Notes: generated from the letters alone by a model not told the origin. Positions 14,217 through 28,978 are shown, numbered from the stretch's first letter. The stretch is DNA of 64,000 bases from the human T2T-CHM13v2.0 reference genome, Homo sapiens (GCF_009914755.1 NC_060927.1); one strand, 5' to 3'. Translations and numbers: made by a program.

Positions 14217-14281
14217 CAGGTCTTTTGCTGATCTCTGAACATAATCTCTGATCAGGTCATTTGCTGATCTCTGAACATAAT
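14217..14281. repeat. 29-bp direct duplication with a 7-bp spacer
   Basis: caggtcttttgctgatctctgaacataat (14217-14245) / caggtcatttgctgatctctgaacataat (14253-14281). Confidence 0.95.
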
Positions 14282-15263
14282 TTACCCCTAAGCATTAATT
14301 GGTATTCCTGCATGTTTTATTGGATTCATGTAATATGCTCACAGCCTTCAAACTTTGATGTCTTTAAACACACTGTATATTCTGACTGCGAAATATATAG
14401 CACATAGCAATTGTGTCACACTTCCAAAGGACTGTTTACCTACTTAGTTTTGGTTTTCAAATGAAGTTTTTTCCATTTCTTTGGCTAGAATTAACTGTTA
14501 CCTCTTGTCTTACTTGGGTGGCAACATGGTTGTAGAATCAAGGAATCCTAGTTCCTCCCCCTCTGTCTTTAATAGCTGCCCCAAAGTGTTACGTTTCACC
14601 TTTAAAGAAAAGATGGATGAAGCCATACTTTATTTGAGACTTTTATAGTGCCATTTAGTTTAAATTAGACTGGTATATGGGACATTGGCTAATAGAAAAA
14701 ATACAATTATTTTGTTAAACAATTAACTTCAAGATAATGTGAACAACTATACTTGGCTCTAAAATATACAAATTTAGGATACAAATGTGTTGGTATAGTG
14801 TTTGGAAGATATTGGAAACATGCAGGGAATGGAACTTGTTTTTGAAAGAAAAAAAATCCCAGTTCTTATTCCCTCATTATTATTGGCCTGGTTTCTATTT
14901 CTGAACCTGAAGATTGTTTTCACAGTGGGAATTCTTGTCACTATCCCTAAGCAGCGGCGGCAGCAGCAACCTTGACACCGTCCTGAATCTGCCTTCCTGT
15001 TTATTCTCCCCAGTGTCTGCCTGGTGGCTTTCCATAGGTCCAGCAGGCAATGCTCTGGCCACATAAGCTAAGAGCCACACTCTGTAAGAATATTAGGACT
15101 CTTTTGGCTTAAATCCACAATTTAAAAATTTCTAAATATGACCTTCTAAATATGCAGATGATCATCACAAGAGAAACTTTCTCAGGATCAATAAAATTCC
15201 AATTATTTTTATTAAATATGTAGGTTTTTCTTACCTATAATTCATCAACAAAAAACACTTGTG

Positions 15264-15513
15264 TCTCTTTCTCTTCCTTCCTCCCTCCCTCCCTCCCTGC
15301 CTTCCTCCCTCCCTCCCTCCCTCCCTCCCTCCCTGCCTCCCTCCCTCCCTCCCTCCCTCCCTGCCTCCCTCCCTCCCTGCCTCCCTCCCTCCCTCCCTCC
15401 CTCCCTCCCTTCCTCCCTCCCTCCCTCCCTCCCTCCCTCCCTGCCTTCCTCCCTTCCTCCCTTCCTCCCTTCCTTCCTTTCTTCTTCTTCATTCCCTCCT
15501 TCCTTCTTTTTTT
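15264..15513. repeat. (CCCT)n/(CCTT)n polypyrimidine simple repeat, ~250 bp
   Basis: Directly visible; reads (GGGA)n on the minus strand. Confidence 0.97.
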
Positions 15514-15634
15514 TAGGATAGACAGTCTTACAGTTCTTAGATTTTCTGATATACCCCTCTAATAATGACCCTCTAATGCCTACTGAACAGGGACTTCGCA
15601 TCTCTCAGTCCCATCTCCCCATCTTCCTAATCGG

Positions 15635-15802
15635 ATTTTCTTCAAAATGATCCCAAGTCCTCTTGCATGCAAATCTGAAAATGTCTGTGGCTGGGCCCAC
15701 CACAGACCTCCTAAATCAGAACCTCCAGGGAGACACAGGAGCCTGCACTTTAAACACACACCTCCAGTGATTCTGTTACTCGTTGAGGTTTGAGATGCAC
15801 TA
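15635..15802. mobile_element. MER5-family hAT-Charlie element
   Basis: ctgggcccaccacagacctcctaaatcagaacctccaggg...cctgcactttaaac...gtgattctg...gtttgagatgcact. Confidence 0.65.
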
Positions 15803-16827
15803 TCTAGTCTCCACGTGACTTCTCTGTGCTGCCTGTCCCCACCATTCTCTGACAAGTTCCCCCAGACCCTCCTCACATGCTCTTTAAATTATCTGGATTA
15901 CTGTAACAGTCTCCACTTTTGCCTGTTCAACTGCAGTCACAGGTTCACACAGCTGCTTGCCCACCCACAGCTCTTCCCAACACTGGGTCATGCTCCTTTC
16001 GCATCCCCATAGTGGGAGTCTCACATCTCTTCTCTTCCTGTAATTAAAGTGCAAGGAGTTTTAAAACAAAACCAACTTGACTTCTTGAGGGAGTGGAGAG
16101 GGAGTGTGACTTAGTCTTAAGCTTTTTACTTCTTACCTGATTTTCGCCAGCTACTTTAAAATTCACTCTATCTAGTCTTTAGACAGAATAGTATGACTTA
16201 CAGAAGGAGAAGAGATGCTACTCTTCAGCTTTTTAGTAAGAGAAGGACTTTTTCGTTGGGCTAATGTTTCTTTGCTGAAAATAATTTGAAAAATGAGGTG
16301 GTTACTTAACTTCTCACCCAGAAAAGTTCTTTATACACCACTGTTGTTGTAAAGAACTGTGAAGACCTCCTGTGACATGCTAGGAGTAGATTTCCTAGTA
16401 ATTTAGTTCCAAGAGAACAATGCAATTTGCATCTTAGATATCTTAATGGATTTATTTTGTTTTATATAGACAGACTGATCCAGTTCAAATGTATAATCTC
16501 ATTCTCTCTCTCTCTCTTGCTTCCCTTATAACTGGTACCTATGCAATAGCCCTTACAATGTTCTGCCCACAGAATAATTATTTTACACATATGATTATAT
16601 CAGACAAACCAAGATTAAAATCCTTCTTCACCACTTCCTTAGGAAAGTGCTGTAGCCTCTGTCTGCATTTCTTATATAGCGTATGTGAAGTGCCTGGTAA
16701 GTTGCCTTGTGATTCCCTTGGTTGTGTATCTTTCGTCCTTGCCCTGGCGCTCGCATGTCACAGGGAGACAGTGAAAAGTCAAGGTGAGAACCCTTTTCTT
16801 AAAAAAATACAATCAATATATGCTTCA

Positions 16828-17145
<318 letters not shown>

Positions 17146-18789
17146 TTAAAAGAAACAGATGTGTTATGCAGCAAATCAAATAATTAAATAAATGACAATG
17201 GGATTGATAGTCTCAGTCACTTTTTTGGATTCTGAGTTTTTTATTTTTAACTTAGTATTTCCAGTGTTCAATTTGTCACCTTTTTGCCTGTTTTTAAAAA
17301 GAGCTTCACTAATAAAACATTTTGCATGTCCCTGTGAACTTTTATTGGGCTAGAGGTATTTTAAGAGGAGTAAGATAAGGGGGAGTGGTCTTGTCTCATT
17401 TTTTTAATAGACTTGTAAAATATGAGCTTTTTAGATAGCAGCCATGTATGCAGCTACACTTGTTTCTTTAAATGTTTCCCCATTTCTTCCTTATCTATAT
17501 CATTTTTTATCCTTTCAACTCTGTTGCATCTTCAAGTCCCCAATCCTTCTCAAGGCAGCCTGTTCTGTAACAGCCTCTGGCCCTAGACTCATACTTTCTG
17601 AAGTTTCTGAAAGCTGTTTTCTTAAGACCTAGAGTAGCTGTTTGTCTAAGCTCAGCATTCCCTTCTTCTGCTGTTCCATACTTACATTATGTGAGTTGGA
17701 ATTAAGCCCAGTATACCAGTTCCTGTCATTGCCTCATTACCTTACAGGTGATCAAGTGTTCAGCAAGGCACCATAAACAGTCTGCCCCTAGCAGAATGAG
17801 GCTTCCATGCGGATACCTTGATGTTAGAAAAATCCCCCACTATTATTGTTCCACCTTGTGCCAGTTTTGAAATGCCATAAAAAATCATTGCGAAGAGCCC
17901 ACATCCAGTCAAGCAGTTGTAATATGTGGTCCTGCGTTAGTTAACATCACTTGCATTTTTCCTCCCAGTTTCTTTTCCTGTTCATCTTGCAGTCCATGGA
18001 GTCATATTTCTTGTTTGTAGAGAGCTACCCCCTCCCTCCCACTCTTGTGTCTCTTCCCTTTCCTACAATTCCAGTCATGGATTCCATTCTGCAAGCCTCA
18101 GTGATACTTATGAGAATATGGTACCTCCTGACTGCCAGAAACATAATGAGTATTAATTATTCCTGTTTGGAAATCCAGAACTCTTGCTGAAGTCCAGTAT
18201 TAAAACTTAGAAAAGCCAAGCACATCAGTCTTATCATTAGGAACCCAACGGGTGGATCTGAGTCATGCAGCACACTCCAGGGAGTCTCCCGGATGTGAAG
18301 AGTGGGGAAAGTGTGTGTGTGGCATTGGGGTGGAAGGGGCTTATTCGGTTAACCAAGTTGGGATGTTCTCAGGTACCATCATCAGTAAAAGAAAAGTTGG
18401 AGAAAAGGGGAGTGGTCCATGCGTTAGTTCCCTGGAGAGTGGAATGAATCTTACTAGTTACTGTTCTTTCCCAAAACCAGTGAGGTTCCCATACCTTATT
18501 AGCATAACAGGAAGTAGGACCATGGCTCCTGGTTAGGTAGGAAAAAGAAACACAGAAGTAAAAAGCCTAAATTGGCCATTTATTGTGTTTATCATATGTG
18601 TGTCAGCTTTTGCTTGATATTTAAAGACACTAAGGAATAAAGTTGTTGTCAATCACCATGTAAAGAGTTGCTTCGAAATGGTGTTGCATAGAAAGGGAAT
18701 TAGAAGTTGGAATGCCCAACTGAAGAGTAAAAGTGTGCAAAAGAATGTACAAAATGTCTTGTAAAATTTACAACAGTTCTAAATTATAT

Positions 18790-19560
18790 GTAATAGCAAA
18801 AGTTTTTAAACAATGCAACGTCCTTCAGTAGGGGACTGGTTAAATAAATGCTAGTTCATCTACACATTGGAGTCTCTGTAGCTGTCACAGAAAAGAGTGA
18901 GGAAGAGCTCTATACACTGACATGGAGTGAACTCCACTATGCAATTGTGTGAGAAAAAGAAAGAAAACAACCAACATGCAGGACACTGTACATAGTATGC
19001 TACTTTCATGTAAGAAAGGAAGATTATTAATAATATGTACACATTTGATTATATTTGCAAAGAGAAACAATACAATAAAAAACTAATAACATATAAGGGG
19101 AAGAAGGATCAAGGTAGAGAAGACCATAAAGGAGGCAAGACTTATCTGAATTCACCTTGATATGTAGTTTAATTTTGGAATTATGTAACGTTTTGATATA
19201 ATCCATAAAACAAATTACATCCAAAAAAAGCACTTCCCTCCACCACATACATGTAAAATGAGAAAAAAGAAACACATAACCTAATTGTACATTGTGAGTA
19301 GCATAACCACAGAGAGAAAAGAATTATTCCAGCTGACCCTAGAACATCATATTTTTCACTGAACATTCTCAATTACATATACTCTTAAGGACAAAAAAAT
19401 GCTAAGAATGTTTAAATTGGATTCAGCGGTCTTACTATTAGAGTTATATTGGTGTGATTAGGAATTAAGATTTTCCACCTAATGGAAAAAAAAGCATAAA
19501 ATTTTTAAATTTATGTGAAAACCCTGTAAACTAAATTTGAATTAGAGGATCTACAGATCT
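18790..19560 (+). mobile_element. Old L1MC/L1ME-type 3' fragment
   Basis: gtccttcagtaggggactggttaaataaatg...gaggaagagctctatacactgacatggag, typical of L1M 3' ends. Confidence 0.55.
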
Positions 19561-20146
19561 TGCAGAAATTGTTTTGAACAGCAGTAGGGATTATTTATTT
19601 ATTATATAAATTCTGGTGTAGAATAAATGCAGAGTTAGAGTTCAGGGTCTTTCTCCACTCCCATCCTTGTACTGTGGGCTTGGTCTCTGACCTCAGATTG
19701 ACCCTTTCTGTGACAGAAAATACATTACTTTGCGTTCTTTCTATCCCTCGTCTCCACTGTGTCCTCAGTGGAGCTTAAATCTGCCTTCTGAGAGTCCAAG
19801 TCCAGATGCTGGTCCCAGCCCTTCTTTCTGCTCCCTTGGCAGCTTCCCATCTCTGAAGCTTGCTGAGCTTCCCTTCTCTAAAATAAGAATAACAATGATC
19901 ATAGGTGCCCTGTTTCCCTTCAGAACAATGAGGAACAATTGCTGACTTCGAAGATGCCTTCTGCCTTGTTGCTGCCATAATTTTTCAGTGTTTTGTCCCC
20001 ATTATTACATTCTTAAATGGACACATTTATGAAATTCCACTGGAGGTTGGAATCATTTTAGCTGTACCTAGAAAAAGAAATATTTCCAGTTCATTACCAC
20101 AGATTGGATGGGAGTTAATATACTTTGTCTTTTTTATTTCTTTCAG

Positions 20147-20256
20147 CCATGGAATTCCATGAACACTTGCACAGCATAGGCACCAAGGAAGGTTTGAAGG
20201 AAAGAAAACTACAAAAAGCAGTGGAGAGCTTTACCTGGAATATTACCATCTTAAAG
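20147..20256 (+). CDS. PLCL2: PLCL2 penultimate coding exon (110 nt; phase 1 in, phase 0 out): (A)[36 protein letters not shown]
   Basis: Strong acceptor tctttttttatttctttcag|CC and donor AAG|gtatct; splices in frame to 41923; peptide recognised as the PLCL2 C-terminal region. Confidence 0.95.
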
Positions 20257-21171
20257 GTATCTATAGAGTTGTTTCTGATGCTGGTGATTTTGCAGCCTCT
20301 TTCAGCATGCTTCCCTCTCTTAGTATAACATTTCCTGCATTGTACATGGTCAGCCACTGAGATTGTAGAATGGATGCAGAAATCACATGAAGAACTCTGC
20401 CCTTCTAGAGTCTGTAGGCACAACAGTTTGACATTGTAGATCAGTTGAAGAACAGGGGAACTTCTATGATTGGCACATTGTAAGTCCTGATAGACAAAGG
20501 ACTTTTGTCATTTTATCCTTGAGACATTTTAAAGTTCATAAATGCCAGTTGCTATATGTAAAATAGAAAATATTGATTACAGAGGAATGATTGGGAATTT
20601 AAAGATTCTAGTTACTCAAATTTCATTTAACACTTTAAAGTGTAATTATGGCTATAATGTTCATATGATCCCAGAAATAAATAGAAAAGAATTGTATGGA
20701 GCATAATCAAAGGAAATACATAAAAGAATTGCTATTGAAAGAAATATTTCTTGAAGGGAAATGCTATCTGCTATCTCTATGCATATCTATTTTGGCATAA
20801 CAGTTGTTAAAAATTAACTTTTTATTTTTTATTATAAAAATAATATATTTTCATTGTCAAAAATGTCAAAAGAGCAATAATCAAAGGTAAACACAATCCC
20901 ATCATCGAGAGACAATTACTGTTGGCCTTTTGCTGTGCATTCTCTCAGGCTGATTTTCTATTTTATATGTAATGTGACATAATTTTTAAAATAATGCTGT
21001 GTATGTACCTCGAAACTTTTTTGAGCTTTACCTCAATAGTTCTTCTCAGTGTTACTCACAGAGCATAAATAATAATAACACAGAGGTTATTTCATTCCAG
21101 GTCTTGGACAATTAATAAATGTAAAATTACTCTCTGGTGTTTGCCTTCCAAACTTTATGCTCAGCTGAATT

Positions 21172-21798
21172 TGTAGGGAAGAAAGGAAGGCTTCCCTTTC
21201 ACCCGCTGAAGCTGCCTTGAAAATGACCTGACAATTGACAGATTAGCAGGCATAAAAAGGCCTACATATTATATTTATTTAAGGTGCAGAAGCATGGGGA
21301 ATGGCAGGAGGATGATTACCTAACAACCCAGTGTGGTCTTGATGCATACAAACCCTTCTTCATAGTGGAGGGACATGGGGGAAATGTGGCCATTTTTGAG
21401 GGGTAGTAAATGAATTTTAGGGGAAATGAATGGGCCCAGTGCTCAGAAATGGGATAGTAAATGATTCTCTTTGGGAACTGAATGGTCTGAGAAGGAAAAC
21501 TAGTTTGGGAGGAAGTTCTTCTGTGCTGTAGTTGTGGTGTTTAATTTTCAGTCTCTTCTTCTGTAAATTTTAATCTTCTCTGGTTAATGAAATTTCAGAG
21601 AGGAGATCAGAGGCATTTGTGCTTCTCTTTGGTGGGTCCAGTTTCTAGTTAGATCAGGGTACTTGAACAGCCTCATCTTTGGGAGAGAGAGGACTGAGAG
21701 ATATGTGGTGGGGGTGGTCAGAGAAACCGTGAGCCTGCTTCTTTAGTTCAGCATGTCAAAGTGTCATCTTTTGGGGTATTGTTTTCTGAGCCCCAACA
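21172..21798 (-). mobile_element. Solo ERV1 LTR (MER39/MER34-like)
   Basis: TG...CA termini; right end is the reverse complement of tgttggggctcagaaaacaataccccaaaa...ctttgacatgctgaact; 4-bp TSD aatt/gatt. Confidence 0.75.
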
Positions 21799-22304
21799 GA
21801 TTCAAGACCATAAAGACATTATCACAGCTGCCTTTTTAAATTTCCTCATTCCCCCTGAAGTTAAAAGCTCCATCCTTGGAGCTGACAATAATTTTCAGAT
21901 TTGATGTAATAAAAGGTATCTTCCAAAGCTAGTCGCCATTTGCATTTTTCTCACGTTAAACGTCTACTTATTTTTATAATTAAGATCATTTTCTTGACTT
22001 CTTCAGACATTTCCCTTTTCACATATGTACTTTTCTTATATACCTATTTTGCTTATACTTTAACCCTGATTGTTTGCAGATCAGTAAACAGCAAACATAA
22101 GAATTTACAACGAAAAAGGATTTGGCTTTACAATTTGCTGACTCACTCCTGGTCAGAGGTGGGGGGTACACTATAAATTTCCTGTAAACTCAAGAAAATA
22201 TATCACAGCAGATTAAGCCCTGTGGTAGGAACAAATGCTCACTTTGCTTTAATTTTATTAGAGGCAAATATAGACATAGGGACCAAACTTTGGCTTGTCA
22301 AGTA

Positions 22305-22470
22305 CCCTTCCTACTCATGTGTGGTCCGGGAACCAGCAACCTGGGCCTCAGAGGGGAACTTGTTAGAAATTCAGAATCTCAAGTCCCACCCTAGTCCTGC
22401 TGATTCAGAACCTGCATTTTTACAAGATCCCCAGGTGATTCTTAGGCACATTAAAGTTTGAGAAGCACTG
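22305..22470. mobile_element. MER5A-like hAT-Charlie element
   Basis: gtgtggtccgggaaccagc...ttgttagaaattcagaatctc...cagaacctgcatttttacaagatccccaggtgattc...aaagtttgagaagcactg. Confidence 0.8.
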
Positions 22471-23129
22471 GGCTGAGAGCCACCAAAAATGGGAGCCTGA
22501 TGCACATATTAATGAAAAACAGCTGACATAAAGCAGTGTGCCATATTTTAGAAGTAATTGGACCAAATAGATACACTGAAGAAACCTACTTTCTTTTGAA
22601 TTGTGTCCAGGAGAGAGAATTAACACCTCAGACTTATGTTCATATGGAAGTAAATGTATAGGATGGGGTAATAGGTCTTTTTTTAATTTCCAGGATAATA
22701 TTTGCTACAGATGGTGTTTAAGGATGGTAGAATGTAAGTGAGGCATGAGGAAGAATTGGAAAGATCTGTGTGTCATTTCTGTAGAATGGGGTTTTTTTTT
22801 CATTCCTGTATGTCACTGGTTTAAACTTTCTTTAGAATGAGTGCTGACAGGGAATCTTGAACGTGAATTTAGGTCTAAGTTGAGCTACCAGTATTTTCCT
22901 GGCGGGAGGGCATGGGATCTGTCGAGTTCCTCCCATTACTTTTTGTTTGCAGTGAGCTAGGAGAGGTGGCAGCGCTCCAGGCAGATGGCCAGCAGTAAAC
23001 ACACAGCAGGAGGCTCCCAGTAGCACAAATGCTTAGGGAGGGTTTCAGATGACCCCGGAAATGCAGAGAAGAGGAAATGAAGGAGGAAGCCAGGAAGACT
23101 GCTGAAGGAGCTCTGAAACAGTCCAAGGC

Positions 23130-23265
23130 TTGAGAATTACCTGGGATGCTTAAACATGCCCTCTCCTAAGCCTCATCCCAGACTTCCCAGACCAGAATCT
23201 CCAGGCTTGGAACCCAGGAATCTGCTTATTTAACAAGTTTCTTGGGGGATTCTGAGGCACACACA
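23130..23265. mobile_element. MER5-family fragment
   Basis: agaattacctgggatgcttaaac...cagaatctccagg...aggaatctgcttatttaacaag...gattctga. Confidence 0.55.
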
Positions 23266-23342
23266 AAAAAACCTTATTATTGTTGTCCTAGAATCAAAAG
23301 CTTTCCTGATGCATCACCATAGTCATTTGAACCATAAGGAGG

Positions 23343-23426
23343 TAGGGTGGCCAGCCATCCTAGAAGCAAGACATTCAGTGCTAAAACCAGGACAATCTGG
23401 GCAAACTGGGACCATTGATCACCCTG
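23343..23426. mobile_element. Short hAT-Blackjack MITE (MER81/MER94-like)
   Basis: Inverted termini tagggtggcca ... tgatcaccctg. Confidence 0.5.
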
Positions 23427-23994
23427 AGAGGAGTTCCTGCCACTAAAAGTGTCGTTTCATTGAAGGATGTCTGTCCCAGTTTTTATGAATCTTTACTTGC
23501 CTAGTTTAGTTTTTTTTTATTTTGAAGGTTCTTTTAAAATTCAGAAATGAACAAAGAAGAAATAAAGTCATCTATAACTGCCACACCCAGAATTATCTAC
23601 TATTAACATCTTGGCATACTTACTTCCAGTCATTTTTTTTCTTGAATAAAAAAGCATTCATTTGTTGTTATAAATCTATCTTTTTTAAAATAGAAAAATG
23701 TTTTTAAGTGACCCAAGATTCTCCCTCTGAGAAATAACCATTATTAGACGTAGGTGACTTTATTCCAGGAACCTTTCTATATGAATATGTCTGGATGGAT
23801 CAGTATATATTTTAATGATTCTAAGTCATACTTTTTTTCACACTTTCGGTATGTTTGAAATTAGCATATATCTTATAGTCCATGGCATCTTTGCATTATA
23901 TCCTGGTTAAATTGGCAATGATTTTTATTTCTTAGTGCTACATAAAATACTGGCACATCTCACAAGCACTAATGTCTCAGATATTATAAAATAA

Positions 23995-24316
<322 letters not shown>

Positions 24317-24489
24317 TGATAGAATTCTAATATAATTGTTCTTTAAAAATTTTTAAGTACTAAATTTCATTTTATTTAACCATAAAGATGCTAAATGAAT
24401 TGGTGAGCAATTTCTACCATAACAAAGATTTATTTCCATTTCCCAAAAGATCCCTTTGAGGTTAAGAAAAGGGATTATGAGAAATGTTA

Positions 24490-24895
<406 letters not shown>

Positions 24896-25373
24896 CTAAT
24901 ATTACTAGATAGATCATATTGTTATTTTTTTATTGTCCATGTTAAAAGTATTCATATTTGGTCTTGAAACTATAATTGCCATGTCACTTGAAGTTCAGTA
25001 TTTAAATTGGTTCACTGTCACCATCAGTCTGGGAAGTCACCCATGCTTTCCTGCAACCTACAGGAATAGCAGGGAAAAGAGATAAAGCCAGCGGGTGTCT
25101 TTGCCAGGCTTCTTAAGATATTGGACCCAGCCTTCTCTTCTCAGAGTTTGTAAAATGTCCTGTTCTAGGGTTTCTGCTGCAAACTAGGGAGAGGGTGTAA
25201 TCCATTCCCACAGGCCTCCCATTGCTTCTTTGATTTAGAAGCCAACTTTGAAACCTCCCTCCATTAGATAGTCAGCATCATTTTTTGTGTGTCAACTTTG
25301 AGACATAATGTTTGTAAAATAAAATTCACCAATTTTGAGCACAAAATCCTATGAGTTTTGACAAGTGTATGTA

Positions 25374-27792
25374 CAGGCGTACCTTGGAGACTGCTTGATC
25401 AGTTCCAGACCATGGCAATAAAGCAAATATCACAATAAAGTGAGTCACATGATTTTTTTGGTTTCCCAGTATATATAAAAGTTATATTTACACTATAATG
25501 TAGTCTATTAAGTGTGCAGTAGCTTTTATGTCTAAAAATCAATGTACATAGCTTAATTTAAAAATGCTTTATTGCTAAAAAATGCTAATAATCATCTAAG
25601 CCCTCAGTTAGTTGTAATCCTTTTGCTGGTGGAGGGTCTCACCTCCATGTTAATGGGTGATGACTGATGAGGGTGGTGGTTGCTGAAGGCTGGGGTGGCT
25701 TGTGGCAATTTCTTAAAATAAGACAGTGGAGCTTGCTACACTGATGGACTCTTTGTTTCACCACAGATTTCTCTGTAGCGTGCAATGCTGTTCAGTAGCA
25801 TTTTACCCACAGTAGAACTTCTTTGAAAATCAGTCTTCTCAAACCCCGCCATTCCTTTATCAATTAAGTGTATGTAATATTCTAACTCCTTTGCTGTAAT
25901 TACAGCAATGTTCACAGCATCTTCACCAGGAGGAGATTCCATCTCAAGAAACCACTTTCTTTGCTCATTCATAAGAAGCAACTCCTCATGCATTACAGTT
26001 TTATGATGAGATTGCAGCAATTTAGTCACCTCTTCAGGCTCTATTTCTAATTCTAGTTCTCTAGTTATTTTCATTCCATCTGCATTTACTTTCCCCACTG
26101 TCGTCATGAACCCATCCAAGTCAACCATGAGGGCTGGGATCAACTTCCTCCAAAATCAGCTTCTTCCAGACTCCTGTTAATGTTGACATTCTGACCTCTC
26201 CCATGAATCATGAATGTTATTAATGGCGTCTTAGAATGGTGAATCCTTTCCAGAAGGTCTTCAATTTACTTTACCCCGATTCATCAGAGGAATCACTATC
26301 TATGGCAGCTATAGCCTTATGAAATGTATTTCTTAAATAATAAAACTTGAAAGTCAAAATTACTCTTTGATCCATGGGCTGCAGAATGGATATTGTATTA
26401 GCAGGCATGAAAGCAATATTAATCTCCTTGTGCATCCCTATCAGAGTGCTTGGATGACCAGGTACATTGTTGATATGCAGTAATATTGTGAAAGGAATCT
26501 TTTTTACTGAGCAGTAGGTCCCAGCTGTGGGCTTAAAATATTCAGGAAACCATGCTGTAAACACGTATGTTCTCATCTAGGCTTTATTGATCCATTTATA
26601 GAGCACGGGCAGAGTAAATTTAGCATAATACTTAAGGGCCCTAGGATTTTCAGAATGGCCAATTAGCATCGGCTGCTACTTACAGCCACCAGCTGCATTA
26701 TTCCCTAACAAGAATATCAAACTGTCCTTTGAACCCTTGAAGCCAAGCATTGACTTCTCCTTTTGAGCCATGAAAGCCCTAGATGGCATCTTCTTTCAAT
26801 AGAAGGCTGTTTCATCTACATTGAAAATCTGTTGTTTAGTATAGCCACCTTCATCAATGATCTTGGCTAAATCTTCTGGGTAACTCACTGCACCTTCTAC
26901 ATCAGCACTTGCTGCTTCGCATTGCACTTTGATGTGGTGGAGATGGCTTATTTCCTTAAACCTATGACCCAACCACTGCTAGCCTCCAGCTTGTCTTCTG
27001 CAACTTTCTTACCTCTCTTAGACTTCATAGAATTGAAGAGAGTTAGGGCCTTGCTCTGGATTAGGCTTTGGCTTAAGAGAACGTTGTGGCTGGTTTGATC
27101 TCCTATTGAGACCACTCAAACTTTCTCCATATCAGCAATAAGGCAGTTTTGCTTTCTTATCATTCATGAGTTCAGTAGAATAGCACTTTAAATTTCCTTC
27201 ACAAACTTTTCCTTTGCATTAACAACTTGGATAAATGTTTGGTGCAAGAGACCTAGCTTTTGGCTCATGTTGGCTTTTGACTTGAACTTGGCCTTCCTCA
27301 GTAAGCTTCATTATTTCTAGTTTTTTATTTCAAGTGCAACTCTTCTTTTCACTTGAACACTTGGAGGCCTTTGTAAGGTTATTTTTTGGCCTAATTTTCA
27401 TATTGTTATGTCTCAGGAACTTTGCATGTCATTAGGGAGGCCTGAAGAGACAGAGATGGAGAGTGACCAGTGGAACAGTCAGAACACACACAACATTTAC
27501 CAATTAAGTTTGCTGTCTTATAAGGAAGGGCACACTTTATGGTGCCCCAAAATAATTAGTAACATCAAAGACCACCAATCACAAATCACAATAACTAATA
27601 TAATAATAGTGAAAAAGTTTGAAATATTGCAAGAATTACCAAAGAGTGACACAGAAACACAAAGTGAACACATGCTGTTGGAAAAATGACACTGTAGACT
27701 TGCTTGACGCAAGGTTGCCACAAACCTTCAATGTGTAAAAAAAAAAAAAAAAATGCAGTATCTGTGAAGTGTGATAAAATAAAGTATGTCTG
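25374..27792 (-). mobile_element. Tigger1 DNA transposon, essentially full length (~2.42 kb), decayed transposase, inserted into an old L1M
   Basis: Termini caggcgtacctt / aaagtatgtctg; TA at 25372-25373; ORF remnants 26271-26576 ([21 protein letters not shown]) and 25736-26143 are Tigger1 DDE transposase-like. Confidence 0.92.
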
Positions 27793-28420
27793 GAGTCATG
27801 CAACCCCCAGCACAATGATGGTAGGGCATTGTTGTCACCCTGCTCCCCCAAATTGCATTGTGCCCCTTTGTAGTAAAATCCTTTATGTTGGCAACCACTT
27901 ATCTCATTTCTATCTCTATAGTTTGACCTGTGCCAGAATGTCATATAAATGGAATTACATGGCATACAGTCTTTTCTGCCTGGCTTATTTCATGTAGCAT
28001 TGTGCTTTTGAGTCATACAAGTTAATGTAGGTTTCAGTACTCCATTCCTTTTTATTGCTAAATAGTATTCTGTTTTATGGATATAACACATTTTGTTTAT
28101 ACCTGCACCAATTTATGGACATTTGTGTTGTTTCCAATTTTTAGCTATTACAAATAAACCTGCAATGAACATTCACATATCAGTCTTTGTATGGACATGC
28201 TTTTATTCTTCTTGGGTAAATATGAGTGGGATTGCTGGGTCACATGGCAAATGTGTGTGAGACTGATAAGAAACTGCCACAGTGCTTTAAAAACAACTGA
28301 TGTTCCATTTTGCCTTTCCCCAGCAGTGTTGCAAGGGTTTTAGTTGCACCACATCCTTGTCAACACTTGGAATTATCAGTTTTGTCATTCCAGTAAGTGG
28401 ATGGGGGTTGAGCATCTTTG
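27793..28420 (-). mobile_element. Old L1ME/L1MC 3' region (antisense); continues at ~25285-25371 on the other side of Tigger1
   Basis: Antisense L1M motifs (ggcaaccacttatct, gaatgtcatataaatggaatt, ggacatttgtgttgtttcca). Confidence 0.7.
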
Positions 28421-28704
28421 TGTGTACGTGAGTTTTAAAAAATATCTGACTGACTCTAATGTGGTTTTCTTTATGTTTCTTCTGCTTGGGGTTGGTTGAG
28501 ATTTTTAGATATGTGAATTTGTAGTTTTTAACAAATTTGGAAACTTTTTGGTGATTATTTCCTGAAATTTGTTTCTGTCTTACCCTTTCTACCATCTCCT
28601 TCTGTAACTCCAATTATATGTATAAATATACTGCTTGATATTATCCCACAATCACAGATGCTTATTCATTAGTTTTTAAGTACTTTCTGTGGTTTAAAAA
28701 AAAA

Positions 28705-28978
28705 TTTTTTTGAGACAGGATCTCACTCTTGCCCAGGCTGGAGTGCAGTGGCGTGAACACTACTCATTGCAGCCTCAACCTTCTGGGCCGAAATGATCCT
28801 CTCATCTCAGCCTCCTGAGTAGCTGGGACCACAGGCACGTGCTACCATGCCTGGATAATTTGTACGTTTTTTGTAGAGACTAGGTTTTGCCATGTTCCCC
28901 AGGTTGGTTTCAAACTCCTGGCCTCAAACAATCCTCCCACTTCAGCCTCCCAAGGTGTAAGAATTACCGCACTCAGCC
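28705..28978 (-). mobile_element. AluJ (diverged) within antisense L1M ORF1-region sequence (~28460-29420)
   Basis: gagacaggatctcactc...gcagcctcaacc...gatcctctcatctcagcc (AluJ diagnostics). Confidence 0.85.

Noticed and set aside
15235-15601. PPSL / GGRE repeat ORFs
   Set aside because: Translations of the (CCCT)n simple repeat.
20125-20328. ORF-track 67-aa ORF as a stand-alone gene
   Set aside because: It is the PLCL2 internal exon plus read-through into flanking intron.
22955-22995. CTCF-like motifs (ggagaggtggcagc, caggcagatggcc)
   Set aside because: They lack the conserved 5' CC of the core; too weak without ChIP data.
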